DNA of 64,000 nucleotides from Deinococcus sp. (lineage in GTDB: Bacteria; Deinococcota; Deinococci; Deinococcales; Deinococcaceae), in contig OZ253375.1 of assembly GCA_965261005.1 (NCBI GenBank), positions 716,057-780,056 of the forward strand, given 5' to 3'. Under the pieces are notes generated by a model. It saw only the letters and a program-made list of their open reading frames with translations. It did no database searches and had not been told where the DNA came from. The first letter of the stretch is position 1, and the number at the start of each line of letters is the position of its first letter. Below are positions 10,840 to 19,033 of the stretch, in pieces. Made by a program: the position numbers and the translations under genes.

Positions 10840-11684
10840 GAGGTCACCCGACCCTCAAGCTGTTGGCCCCTCACCTGTTGGCCCCTCACCTGTTGGCACT
10901 GCGGGCAGAAGTGCGTGCCGCGCTGAGCCAGCACCATCTTCTCGACGCCCATTCCGCAGCGCGGGCAAGGCTGGCCTTCCCTGGCGTAGACGTTGTGCCG
11001 CCCCTGAAACCCGCCCGGCTGGCCGTTCGGCTGGGCGTAGCTGTGGTCGGACAGGGTGGAGCCGCCGGCGGCGACCGCTTCCGAGAGCACCTCGCGGATG
11101 GCGGCGTACAGCCTCAGCGCTTCCTCGCGCGTCAGGCCCTTTTGCGCCGGGTGAACGCGGGCGCGCCACAGCGACTCGTCGGCGTAGATGTTGCCCAGGC
11201 CGGCGACCGGGCTTTGCGACAGCAGCCACGGCTTGACCGCCCCAGCTTGGCCCGCCGCCCCGACAAAAGCTTCCAGTTCGAAGGTCTCCCCCAGCGGCTC
11301 CGGCCCCATCTTGGCGAGGGTGGGCATGGCCGCGTACTCGCCCCTCGGCACCACCGCCCACTTGCCGAAGCGCCGCGCGTCCTGAAAGTACAAGGCGCCG
11401 CCCTCCTCCAGGTGCAGCGTCACGCGGGTGTGCGGCGTCTGTTCGGGGCGAAAGCCGCCGGTCATGCCAAGGTGAACGATCAGGTCGAGCGGCTCTCCAT
11501 CCCCCGCCAAGCGCGCGATCAGGTATTTGCCGCGCCGCTCCAGCCGCTCCACGGTCCGGCCGTGGGCGAGGTGGGTGTCGCGGTACTTGTGCGGGGCGTC
11601 GTGTTCGATGCGCGCGACGCGCCGCCCCACCAGTTGCGGCTCCAACAGTCGGCGGGTGGTCTCGACTTCGGGAAGTTCGGGCAC
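10836..11684 (-). CDS. mutM: Formamidopyrimidine-DNA glycosylase with repeat-derived C-terminal tail
   Basis: [13 protein letters not shown]-terminus, [12 protein letters not shown], zinc finger CPRCG...FCPQCQ. Followed by [18 protein letters not shown]. Confidence 0.93.
   Translation of the reverse strand: MPELPEVETTRRLLEPQLVGRRVARIEHDAPHKYRDTHLAHGRTVERLERRGKYLIARLAGDGEPLDLIVHLGMTGGFRPEQTPHTRVTLHLEEGGALYFQDARRFGKWAVVPRGEYAAMPTLAKMGPEPLGETFELEAFVGAAGQAGAVKPWLLSQSPVAGLGNIYADESLWRARVHPAQKGLTREEALRLYAAIREVLSEAVAAGGSTLSDHSYAQPNGQPGGFQGRHNVYAREGQPCPRCGMGVEKMVLAQRGTHFCPQCQQVRGQQVRGQQLEGRVTS
10860..10899. repeat. 15-bp tandem repeat (2.7 copies) CTGTTGGCCCCTCAC in the mutM 3' end
   Basis: 10860-10874 and 10875-10889 are identical. 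10890-10899 is a partial third unit. Confidence 0.9.
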
Positions 11685-11714
11685 GGGTCAGTCTAGGATG
11701 GCGGGCCAGTGGCG

Positions 11715-11720
11715 TACAGT
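11715..11720 (+). promoter_or_regulatory. -10-like hexamer TACAGT 6 nt upstream of the pcp ATG (leaderless-type arrangement)
   Basis: TACAGTggccccATG. Confidence 0.35.
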
Positions 11721-11726
11721 GGCCCC

Positions 11727-12338
11727 ATGAAGAGGCTGCTCCTGACCGGCTTTGAACCCTTCGGCGGCGACGCGGCCAATCCCTCCGCCGAGGTGGCGCG
11801 CGCCCTCGACGGCGAGATGATCGGGAACGTCAGGATCATCGGCGAGGTGCTGCCGGTGGACGCAGCCCTGGCGCCGCAGGCTCTCGGCGCGCTCCTGACC
11901 CGGCACGCCCCGGACGCCGCCGTGCTGACCGGCCTGGCGAGCGGCCGGCCGCAGCTGAGCGTCGAGCGGGTGGCCGTGAACGTGCAGGATTACCGCATTC
12001 CCGACAACGCGGGCGTGCAACTTCGGGGCGTGCCGGTGGTGCCGGGCGGCCCGGACGCCTACCTGAGCGGTCTGCCCATCCCGGCCATTCTGGCCGCGTG
12101 GCGCGCGGCGGGCGTGCCGGGATACGTCAGCGACACGGCCGGGCTGTACCTGTGCAACCAGGTGATGTACCTGGCGCGGCACGTTCTCGGGGGCGGCGTG
12201 CCGTGCGGCTTTCTCCACTTGCCGGCGAACGCGGCGGTGGCCCTCGGCGCGCAGCAGCCCCTGCCTTATCTGCCGCAGGCGGAGATAGAGCGCGGCGTCC
12301 GGGCCACCCTCGCGCCCGTGGCGGCGGCGCTCGATTGA
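11727..12338 (+). CDS. pcp: Pyroglutamyl-peptidase I
   Basis: MKRLLLTGFEPFGG, SDTAGLYLCNQVMY (catalytic Cys), FLHLP (His). Confidence 0.9.
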   Translation: MKRLLLTGFEPFGGDAANPSAEVARALDGEMIGNVRIIGEVLPVDAALAPQALGALLTRHAPDAAVLTGLASGRPQLSVERVAVNVQDYRIPDNAGVQLRGVPVVPGGPDAYLSGLPIPAILAAWRAAGVPGYVSDTAGLYLCNQVMYLARHVLGGGVPCGFLHLPANAAVALGAQQPLPYLPQAEIERGVRATLAPVAAALD

Positions 12339-12556
12339 CGACGCCCCGAACAGACCGTCACCTTTAAGAAATCTTTCGGTAACTTTCACACAGATATCAG
12401 ATTAAGATTAACTTAATATAAGCAGAGGACCGACCCGCCCCACCTTCCTCTGAACATATTCCGTACAGCTCACCCCCGTTGTTCGCCGCCCCGAGCCGCG
12501 ACAGGTCCGGCCTGTCGCCCGTCCATCCCGCTTCGCCCCCGTCAAGGAGCCTTCTC

Positions 12557-14365
12557 ATGCCCGACGCCACCCCCTTCCACCTTTCCATTTCCAGGCTGGG
12601 CCTGCGCACGTTGGGTCTGGTCAGCCTCACGCTCAGCCTCGCCGCCTGTGGCGGCGTGAGCGCGCCGACCCCGTCGGCGGCGGTGCCAGCGGCCCCGAGC
12701 GCGACGTCCGCCAACGAGAACGCCGGTGAGGGCGAGGCCCTCCTTTGGAGCGAGACGGCGGCGGGCGTTCAGGCGCTGTCGGTGAGCGGCGCCGAGCAGG
12801 CCCTGAGCGCCGCGCCGTGGCAAGCGGCCAGCAGCGGCTGGGGACCCATCGAGCGCGACAAAAGCAACGGCGAGCGGAACGCCGGGGATGGGCACGCGCT
12901 GAGCGTGGGGGGCAAGACGTATGCGCGCGGCTTCGGCGCCCACGCCACCTCGCAGATGACCTTCACGCTCGACGGCCGCCAAACCGGCTTCAGCGCCGGC
13001 GTCGGCGTGGACGACGAGGTGGGCAAGCGCGGCAGCGTGGTGTTTCAGGTGTACGCCGACGGTCAGAAGCTGTTCGACAGCGGCGTGATGCGGGGCGGGG
13101 ACGCGGCCAGGAGCGTCAACGTCGGCCTGACGGGCAAGCGCGAACTCCGGCTGGTCGTCACCGACGCGGGCGACGGGGCCAACTACGACCACGCCGACTG
13201 GGTGAACCCCACCCTGCACGGCACCCAGGAGGTGCGCTACGGCGGGCCGCTGGTCATCACCAAGGGGGGAACCTACACGGGCGATTGGGAAAGCTTTGAT
13301 CCCAAGGTGAGCGCCGTGACCGTCAAGACCAGCGAGCCGGTCGTGATCGAGAACTCGAACTTGCGCGGGGTGGGGCACCTGATCACCGGCTTCAAGAACC
13401 GCCTGACCGTGCGCGGCTCGCACGGCCACAACCTGACGCCGAACGTTCTCGGCAAGGCCAGCGGCAACTTCATTCACCTCGGGGAGGTGATCAACCTCGA
13501 CGTGGAGAACAACACCTTCGAGGGGGGCGGCATCTACCTCGACCGCTACACCGGCGACGGCGTGAGGGACACCGTCACCGTCCTGCGCAACGTGGTGAAG
13601 AACGTGGACGGCCGCTTGAGCGACGGCCAGGGCGGCTGGCTGAGCGGCGACGGGGATGACCAAAAGGCGCGCGTCATCAAGAGCTTTTTGCAGCTCAACG
13701 CGGTGCAGCGCGTCCCCAACGTCGAGATCGCTTGGAACCAGGTGGTTAACGAACCCTCCAAGAGCGTGGTCGAGGACACCCTGAGCGTCTACCGCAGCTC
13801 GGGCACGCCGAACAGCCCGATGGCCATTCACGACAACTACCTTCAGGGCGCCTACCCGCTGTCCCCCGAGCAGGCGCCGACCTACTACGGCGGCGGCATC
13901 ATGCTGTGCGACGGCGCCGTGAGCGATCCGCTCGACTGCGGCTACACCCGCGTGCGTGACAATCAAGTGGTGGCGACCACCAACTACGGCATCGAGATCA
14001 TGGGCGGGGTGGACAACCAAGTCGAGCGCAACCGCGCCGTCACCTCGGGCCGCCTTGCGGACGGTACCCGCATTCCCAGCACCAACGTCGGCTTGGTCGT
14101 GTGGGACTACTCCGGGGTGCTCAAGGTCAACCCGCAGCTCTTCGCGCGCAACGTGATGCGCGACAACGAGGTGGGCTGGACCAAGGTAAGCGCCGACGGC
14201 AAAATCAGCAACAACGTGTGGTGGGCGCCGCAAGGGACCACCAACGGCGGCGTCTTCAGCAACAAAGCCCTCGGCACCGTCACCCCCGACATGGAGCGCG
14301 CCGAGTTCGCGCGCTGGCAAGGCAAGCTGGCCAGCGCGGGCGTCAAGCTGGGCGCGCCGGAGTAA
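12557..14365 (+). CDS. Lipoprotein with NPCBM/NEW2 carbohydrate-binding domain and right-handed parallel beta-helix repeats
   Basis: AAGGAG RBS then ATG 12557. Lipobox LSLAAC. NPCBM core WGPIERDKSNGE...GKTYARGFGAHA...VFQVYADGQKLFDSG...RLVVTDAGDGANYDHADW. C-terminal repetitive N/G/V-rich beta-helix-like segments. Confidence 0.85.
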   Translation: MPDATPFHLSISRLGLRTLGLVSLTLSLAACGGVSAPTPSAAVPAAPSATSANENAGEGEALLWSETAAGVQALSVSGAEQALSAAPWQAASSGWGPIERDKSNGERNAGDGHALSVGGKTYARGFGAHATSQMTFTLDGRQTGFSAGVGVDDEVGKRGSVVFQVYADGQKLFDSGVMRGGDAARSVNVGLTGKRELRLVVTDAGDGANYDHADWVNPTLHGTQEVRYGGPLVITKGGTYTGDWESFDPKVSAVTVKTSEPVVIENSNLRGVGHLITGFKNRLTVRGSHGHNLTPNVLGKASGNFIHLGEVINLDVENNTFEGGGIYLDRYTGDGVRDTVTVLRNVVKNVDGRLSDGQGGWLSGDGDDQKARVIKSFLQLNAVQRVPNVEIAWNQVVNEPSKSVVEDTLSVYRSSGTPNSPMAIHDNYLQGAYPLSPEQAPTYYGGGIMLCDGAVSDPLDCGYTRVRDNQVVATTNYGIEIMGGVDNQVERNRAVTSGRLADGTRIPSTNVGLVVWDYSGVLKVNPQLFARNVMRDNEVGWTKVSADGKISNNVWWAPQGTTNGGVFSNKALGTVTPDMERAEFARWQGKLASAGVKLGAPE

Positions 14366-14399
14366 CCAAAGAAAGAGTACCCAAAAAAGATGCAGGTTC

Positions 14400-14431
14400 T
14401 TCACCCGGCTCCCCGCCGGGTGAAAGCTTTT
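14400..14431 (+). terminator. Intrinsic terminator after the NPCBM gene
   Basis: TTCACCCGG-ctccccg-CCGGGTGAA then agcTTTTa. Confidence 0.6.
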
Positions 14432-14444
14432 ATGGAAACTTTTT

Positions 14445-14684
14445 TTAGGGAAACTTCGGCTTGCCCGCTTGCCAGCTGCCCTGCGGCCCGCCGGCCCAGT
14501 GCCACGCCCCGGCCGGGCGGCTGGCCAAGCAGCGTGAAATGTCCGCCAGGGGAACGCGGCGCGCGAAGCGGGTGGTGGCGTGCCAGCGGGCCAGGGCGCT
14601 CGGCAAGTCGCTGGGCCGGGTTCCAAGGACAGAGGTGCTGGCGCGGTTGACCGCGAGATCGAAGAGGGCGTCCGGCGCGCTCAT
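14445..14684 (-). CDS. Hypothetical small protein (79 aa), possibly a gene remnant
   Basis: ATG 10 nt downstream of the DinB-family gene stop. Third-codon-position GC bias looks coding. No recognisable motif. Confidence 0.3.
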   Translation of the reverse strand: MSAPDALFDLAVNRASTSVLGTRPSDLPSALARWHATTRFARRVPLADISRCLASRPAGAWHWAGGPQGSWQAGKPKFP

Positions 14685-14694
14685 TTAAGCTCGT

Positions 14695-15075
14695 TCAGGC
14701 CGTGCGCACGCCCGCGAGCGCGGCGATCTGACCGGCGTGCCACGCCGAGTGACGCGCGTTCAGGCGGATCAGGGCCGCCACGCTGAGAACGCGGCCGGCA
14801 TACCCGGTTTCGAGGCCCAGCTGGCCCTCGCCGAGGCGCGAGACTGCCGCCATCTCCCACTCCATCAACGCGCTCAGGTCAGCTTCCGCCGGCGGCGCGG
14901 GCGTGCCGGTGACTTGCGCGATCAGGCGCCAGTATTCGCGTTTGGTGTCGGCAAGGTGCAGCGTCAGCCAGGCCATCCTGGGCGGCACTTGGCCGCGCGC
15001 CATGCTCAGGGCGCTCGACACCGATTCCCAGGAATCGAAGTTGACCTCCTCAAGCAGCGCGCGCAGCTGGTCCAT
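14695..15075 (-). CDS. DinB-family (four-helix bundle, metal-binding) protein
   Basis: 126 aa. C-terminal LNARHSAWHAGQIAAL is typical of DinB/YfiT-like proteins. Confidence 0.7.
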   Translation of the reverse strand: MDQLRALLEEVNFDSWESVSSALSMARGQVPPRMAWLTLHLADTKREYWRLIAQVTGTPAPPAEADLSALMEWEMAAVSRLGEGQLGLETGYAGRVLSVAALIRLNARHSAWHAGQIAALAGVRTA

Positions 15076-15465
15076 TCAGGTCAGCTTATAGCCGTTCGCG
15101 TCCGCGCGCAGGCGACCGGCCTCCAGCAGGCGGTCCACGGCGCCGCGCGCTTGGCCCTCGCTGAGGGGAGAGTCGCGCAGCAGATCTTCCAGCGCGAACC
15201 GACCGCCGCGCCGCATGGCGAGGCGCAGCACCATGCGCTCGGCGGCGTCCGGCCTGGGCGGGGCGCTGGACGCCCGGCCGAAAGCGCGCCACACCAACAG
15301 GCCGACCAGCAGACCGGCGATCAGTTCCAGCGGCAACAGCTCGAAAGCGAGCAGCGGGTCGCCTTTGCTTGGAAAGGGGTTGCCGTGGGTGTACACGGCC
15401 CCGTAGGCGATCAGGGCGGCGCCCAGGGCGGCGAGAACAGTGAGCAGCGAGCGCGGCCAATTCAC
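15076..15465 (-). CDS. Small membrane protein with C-terminal winged-helix-like tail (full-length copy A of a duplicated gene)
   Basis: NWPRSLLTVLAALGAALIAYGAVY and LLPLELIAGLLVGLLVW form two TM helices. Tail is AERMVLRLAMRRGGRFALEDLL...GAVDRLLEAGRL. Start uncertain: GTG 15465 is conserved in both copies, and the ORF is open to 15555. Confidence 0.55.
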   Translation of the reverse strand: MNWPRSLLTVLAALGAALIAYGAVYTHGNPFPSKGDPLLAFELLPLELIAGLLVGLLVWRAFGRASSAPPRPDAAERMVLRLAMRRGGRFALEDLLRDSPLSEGQARGAVDRLLEAGRLRADANGYKLT

Positions 15466-15507
15466 TCCCCCATCATGCCGGCGGGCCGGGCGGCAGATGG
15501 TGTGCCG
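15201..15507. repeat. Direct repeat copy A (about 307 nt), partner at 18769-19074
   Basis: Manual alignment gives about 30 mismatches and 1 indel over about 307 nt, in the same orientation. Confidence 0.85.
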
Positions 15508-15671
15508 TTGAGCCGGCGCTGACCGCACCCGCGCGATTGTCTCCGGTGCGTACAAGGCGCCGCCCGACGTGGACGGCGTGCCGGTCTTGACCCAACCGCG
15601 CCGTTTGTCGGGCGTGCCGGTGACCGTCTATACCAGAGGGGACACAGCCGAGGAAAGGTGCATACCTAAGG

Positions 15672-16553
15672 TCAGCCCCAGTTCAGCCACCCAAAAGCCC
15701 GAACCACTTTGTGAAACGACCAAGCGGCGATTCGGCAGATTGGACGTTGGTACCACGGGCGGTGATGGCAGATGTCACGCATGTTCCCGAGAAAGACGTC
15801 GTCCGTACGTGCGCGGTTGCCCTCCGTCTTTTGATAACGCGGAATGTTACGGTATCCGAAGTCATGCACATTGCACGCGGGCCTAAACCTCTCTGAATAT
15901 TTATTAATAATGCCCTGCGCAACCGTGATGGGTAGATTGTTCGTCCGCGCCTTGGTGATCAATTCGGGGACCGAGCAACCGTCACGGCTCCAGTCGAGTT
16001 GATTGAGAAAGGGGGTGTTGCCGGATGACATGAAGATATACTCATGGTCGTAATGATCGACCGTCCCCCAACCGACACTTTTGACGTAGGTCAGCACTGC
16101 CGGCTCGCTCGGTGGAGGAGGTCCAGGCGCGACAGGATCGTCCGGCACACACTCGATGGCGTATGGATCAGAACAGTCAATGGGAATCGCGAGCGCCTGC
16201 GCTGCCTGCGGCGACCCATTGGGCGGCGTCGCCGGACTTTCGGGTTCGTAGTACGACGCTTCCGCCTCCGCGACGAACGTAGGTTCCTGCCAATTGGTGT
16301 ACAACGCCTCCGTGGCTTCGGGCTCCTGCGTTTCGGGACGGTCGGCCAGCCAGTCGGCGCGCACGGCAAGGTCGTTCAACCCCTCTTCCTGGGCTGTTAG
16401 CGGGCCGACCTTGGGATTCAGGTACGCCGCCCACGGACGCGGTCTTGACGCTGAGGGCGCCGAGGACTGGGGTGAGGGCGGCGCGCTCTGTCCACAAGCA
16501 GCGAGCAAAAGGGCGAGGCTGGCGGCGAGCAGCAAACTTCCGTGTGTCCTCAT
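15672..16553 (-). CDS. Secreted lipoprotein with C-terminal prokaryotic phospholipase A2-like domain
   Basis: Lipobox LLLAAC. Acidic/Pro-rich linker. DWSRDGCSVPE...FRPACNVHDFGYRN...RTDDVFLGNMRDIC...ICRIAAWSFHKVVRAFG matches the Cys pattern and the HD-x2-Y-x-N catalytic motif of Streptomyces-type PLA2. Confidence 0.82.
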   Translation of the reverse strand: MRTHGSLLLAASLALLLAACGQSAPPSPQSSAPSASRPRPWAAYLNPKVGPLTAQEEGLNDLAVRADWLADRPETQEPEATEALYTNWQEPTFVAEAEASYYEPESPATPPNGSPQAAQALAIPIDCSDPYAIECVPDDPVAPGPPPPSEPAVLTYVKSVGWGTVDHYDHEYIFMSSGNTPFLNQLDWSRDGCSVPELITKARTNNLPITVAQGIINKYSERFRPACNVHDFGYRNIPRYQKTEGNRARTDDVFLGNMRDICHHRPWYQRPICRIAAWSFHKVVRAFGWLNWG

Positions 16554-16766
16554 ACGTCCCCCTGTGACGACGCGCGAAAGACGAGGCCCAGCACCCGTTC
16601 AAGCGTTGAACGGCGCGCAGATTCAGGTCCTGCCCATCGGCTTTGTGTTCGTCTGCAATTAAGCTAACGACTTTGCGCCCCGATTCGCGCGTGCAAAGCG
16701 TCATGAGAGGCGTGACCATCGTCATGGGTCACACACGGCCGGGCGACGCCTCGCCTAGCATGCGGC

Positions 16767-17894
16767 ATGCTGACGCTCAAAGTCCTGCGCGCGGTGCGTT
16801 GGGTCAGCTTGGGTGGATGGTGCTGGCCGACGTTTTCGATGCTGAGCCGGCCGTCCCTAAAGACGTGGGCCTGGGCGGACATGTTCTCGCGAGGTCTGCC
16901 CACGCTTTCGTTTCTCGTGTACCTGCTGAGTTTCTGGTGCGCGAGCGACCCGACGCGGTCACGGGCGGTGAGGCAACGCTGGTCGGTCGTGCTCACAGGG
17001 GCCGCCCTGGTGCTCAACGCGGCCTTTCCGTCGCAGCAAGCCGTCGGGGCGTTGCTGGTGGCCGGAGCGGCCATTTTGCCAATGCACTTCAACTTGACGC
17101 ACACCTTCGCCCTGATCATCGCCCAGTGCGCCCTGCTGTTTGCCATCTTGGACGTCGCGCTGGGCAGCACGCTCGCGTGGCATGACACCGTATGGGCCTT
17201 TGGGATGGAGAGCGTGCTCGCCCTGGGCATGTCGTTCGTGTTTCACCACATGCGTTCACGTCAGCAAGGCTTCGCCTCGACCGCATACGTCATGTACGCT
17301 GCCGAACACCGCTGGCGGGAAGCCGAGCGGCGGCGGATCGCGCGCGACTTGCACGACGTCGTTGGGTACAACCTCACCTTGCTGAACCTGGAACTTGAGG
17401 TGGCGCGCGCGCAGCAGGACCCCACATTGCGCGCGTCCATGCAGCGCGCGCATGTTTTAGCGGCGCGCCTGAACGAGGATTTGCGCGGCACGGTCAGCGA
17501 ACTGCGCCGAGGAGCCGTCGGTTGGGGCGAGGTCGTGCGGCCCCTCGACGTGGTCATTCCGGGGTTGACCATTCACCTCGCGCTGCGAACCGCCTCGCCG
17601 CTGTCCGAACAAACGACGCATGCTTTGGCGCTGCTGGTGCAAGAAGCGCTCACGAACACGGTCCGGCACGCGGGCGCCACCCACTTTCACGTCGAGGTAG
17701 GCGAGCAGGGTGACGGGGTCCAGCTGCGCGCGTGGGACGACGGCGCCGCGCGGGGGCCGGTCACGCCGGGGCATGGCCTTGGCGGGATGCGCGAACGCAT
17801 CGAGGCGGTTGGCGGCACGCTCACGCTTCGCTTGTCGCCCGGTCGGTCGGTGTGCGTGGAAGCGCGCGTCCCCTTCGCTGAGGACACGGCGTGA
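16767..17894 (+). CDS. Membrane sensor histidine kinase (NarL/DesK-type, HisKA_3)
   Basis: About 5 N-terminal TM helices. H-box RIARDLHDVVGYNL. N/G boxes EALTNTVRHAGA ... GHGLGGMRERIEAVGG. Confidence 0.85.
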   Translation: MLTLKVLRAVRWVSLGGWCWPTFSMLSRPSLKTWAWADMFSRGLPTLSFLVYLLSFWCASDPTRSRAVRQRWSVVLTGAALVLNAAFPSQQAVGALLVAGAAILPMHFNLTHTFALIIAQCALLFAILDVALGSTLAWHDTVWAFGMESVLALGMSFVFHHMRSRQQGFASTAYVMYAAEHRWREAERRRIARDLHDVVGYNLTLLNLELEVARAQQDPTLRASMQRAHVLAARLNEDLRGTVSELRRGAVGWGEVVRPLDVVIPGLTIHLALRTASPLSEQTTHALALLVQEALTNTVRHAGATHFHVEVGEQGDGVQLRAWDDGAARGPVTPGHGLGGMRERIEAVGGTLTLRLSPGRSVCVEARVPFAEDTA

Positions 17895-18526
17895 TTCGGC
17901 TCGGCCTCGTCGACGATCACCTGCTGGTGCGCGAAGGTCTGCGGCGACTGCTGGAGGCGTCAAACGACGTTCGGGTCGTCGCGGAGGCGGCCAGCGTGGA
18001 GGGGGCGGTTCGCGCCGTCCTCGAACATCGCCCAGATGTGTTGCTGCTCGACGTGTGGTTGCCGCCGCGCAGCGGCCTCGACGTCATGGAAGCCTTGAAG
18101 GTTCTCGGATGCCTGCCTCCAACGTTGTTGCTGTCCTCCTTCGAGGATCTGGATGTGCTCACGCGCGCCAAGCGGCTGGGCGCGCTCGGCTACCTGATCA
18201 AGGACGTCAGCGTCGAGGTGCTCTTGGCGGCGGTGCGTTCCGTCGCGTCGGGTCGGCCGGTCACCCGTCCGCTCATCGGCGAGGACGTTCACGCGCGCGC
18301 ACGGACACTTGAGCGCGAGCGCGCGAGCGGTCAGCTGAGCTTGACGCCGCGCGAGCGTGACGTGCTGGGCCTGATCGCGAGCGGGCAGTCGACGCGTGAC
18401 GTCGCGCGCAGCTTGGGCCTACAGGAGGGGACGGTCAAGAATCACTTGTCGAACGTGATCATGAAGTTGGGAGTGCGCGACCGCACCCAGGCCGTGCTGC
18501 GGGCCTTGCAATTCGGGCTGCTGTGA
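17891..18526 (+). CDS. Response regulator, LuxR/NarL-type HTH
   Basis: REC domain (DVLLLDVWLP). C-terminal LTPRERDVLGLIASGQSTRDVARSLGLQEGTVKNHLSNVIMKLGV. GTGA overlap with the kinase gene. Confidence 0.92.
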   Translation: MIRLGLVDDHLLVREGLRRLLEASNDVRVVAEAASVEGAVRAVLEHRPDVLLLDVWLPPRSGLDVMEALKVLGCLPPTLLLSSFEDLDVLTRAKRLGALGYLIKDVSVEVLLAAVRSVASGRPVTRPLIGEDVHARARTLERERASGQLSLTPRERDVLGLIASGQSTRDVARSLGLQEGTVKNHLSNVIMKLGVRDRTQAVLRALQFGLL

Positions 18527-18718
18527 AGCTCAGCATGCAGGCCCCGGCCGCTGAACGCCCACGTCTGAACGTCCATGCCGAGGACATTCCGGAACCAAAC
18601 CGCACGATTTGACGATCTGGTTCGCCGGCTCAGCGGAGAGGACCCACGGCCTTGATGACCCCGTCGTTGGCCGCGCGAACGCGGCGCCCGTCCATTTTGA
18701 GGACGGCGCGGTCGTAGG

Positions 18719-19033
18719 TCAGCAGGCCGTTGACTTCGGTCTCGACGTCGGTCGGTCATCTGGGTGTGGACCGCCGCGCCGCATGGCGAGGCGCAACACC
18801 ATGCGCTCGGCGGCGTCCGGGCGGCGCGGGGCGCCTATGGCCCGTCCGAAGGCGCGCCACACCAACAGGCCGACCAGCAGACCGACGATCAGTTCCAGCG
18901 GCAACAGCTGAAAGGCGAGCCGCGGGTCGCCCCTGCTCGCAAAGGGATTGCCGTGGGTATACACGGCCCCGTAGGCGATCAGGGCGGCGCCGAGGGCGGC
19001 GAGAACAGCGAGCAGCGAGCGCGGCCAATTCAC
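18719..19033 (-). pseudogene. Truncated copy B of the 15076-15465 membrane-protein gene
   Basis: NWPRSLLAVLAALGAALIAYGAVYTHGNPF...AERMVLRLAMRRGG is colinear with copy A. Homology then stops, and the frame ends after 17 unrelated codons (PHPDDRPTSRPKSTAC). The winged-helix-like tail is missing. Confidence 0.55.

Noticed and set aside
12399-12413. TTAAGATTAACTTAA palindrome as a radiation/desiccation response motif (RDRM)
   Set aside because: RDRM is a 17-bp palindrome of the TTATGT...ACATAA type. This site is 15 bp with different half-sites, and the downstream gene is not a known DNA-damage gene.
12542-14626. 694-aa ORF on the minus strand, antisense to the NPCBM/beta-helix gene
   Set aside because: It is an Arg/Ala/Gly/Pro/His-rich low-complexity translation with no motifs. 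It exactly shadows a gene with clear domain evidence, which is typical of a GC-driven antisense open frame.
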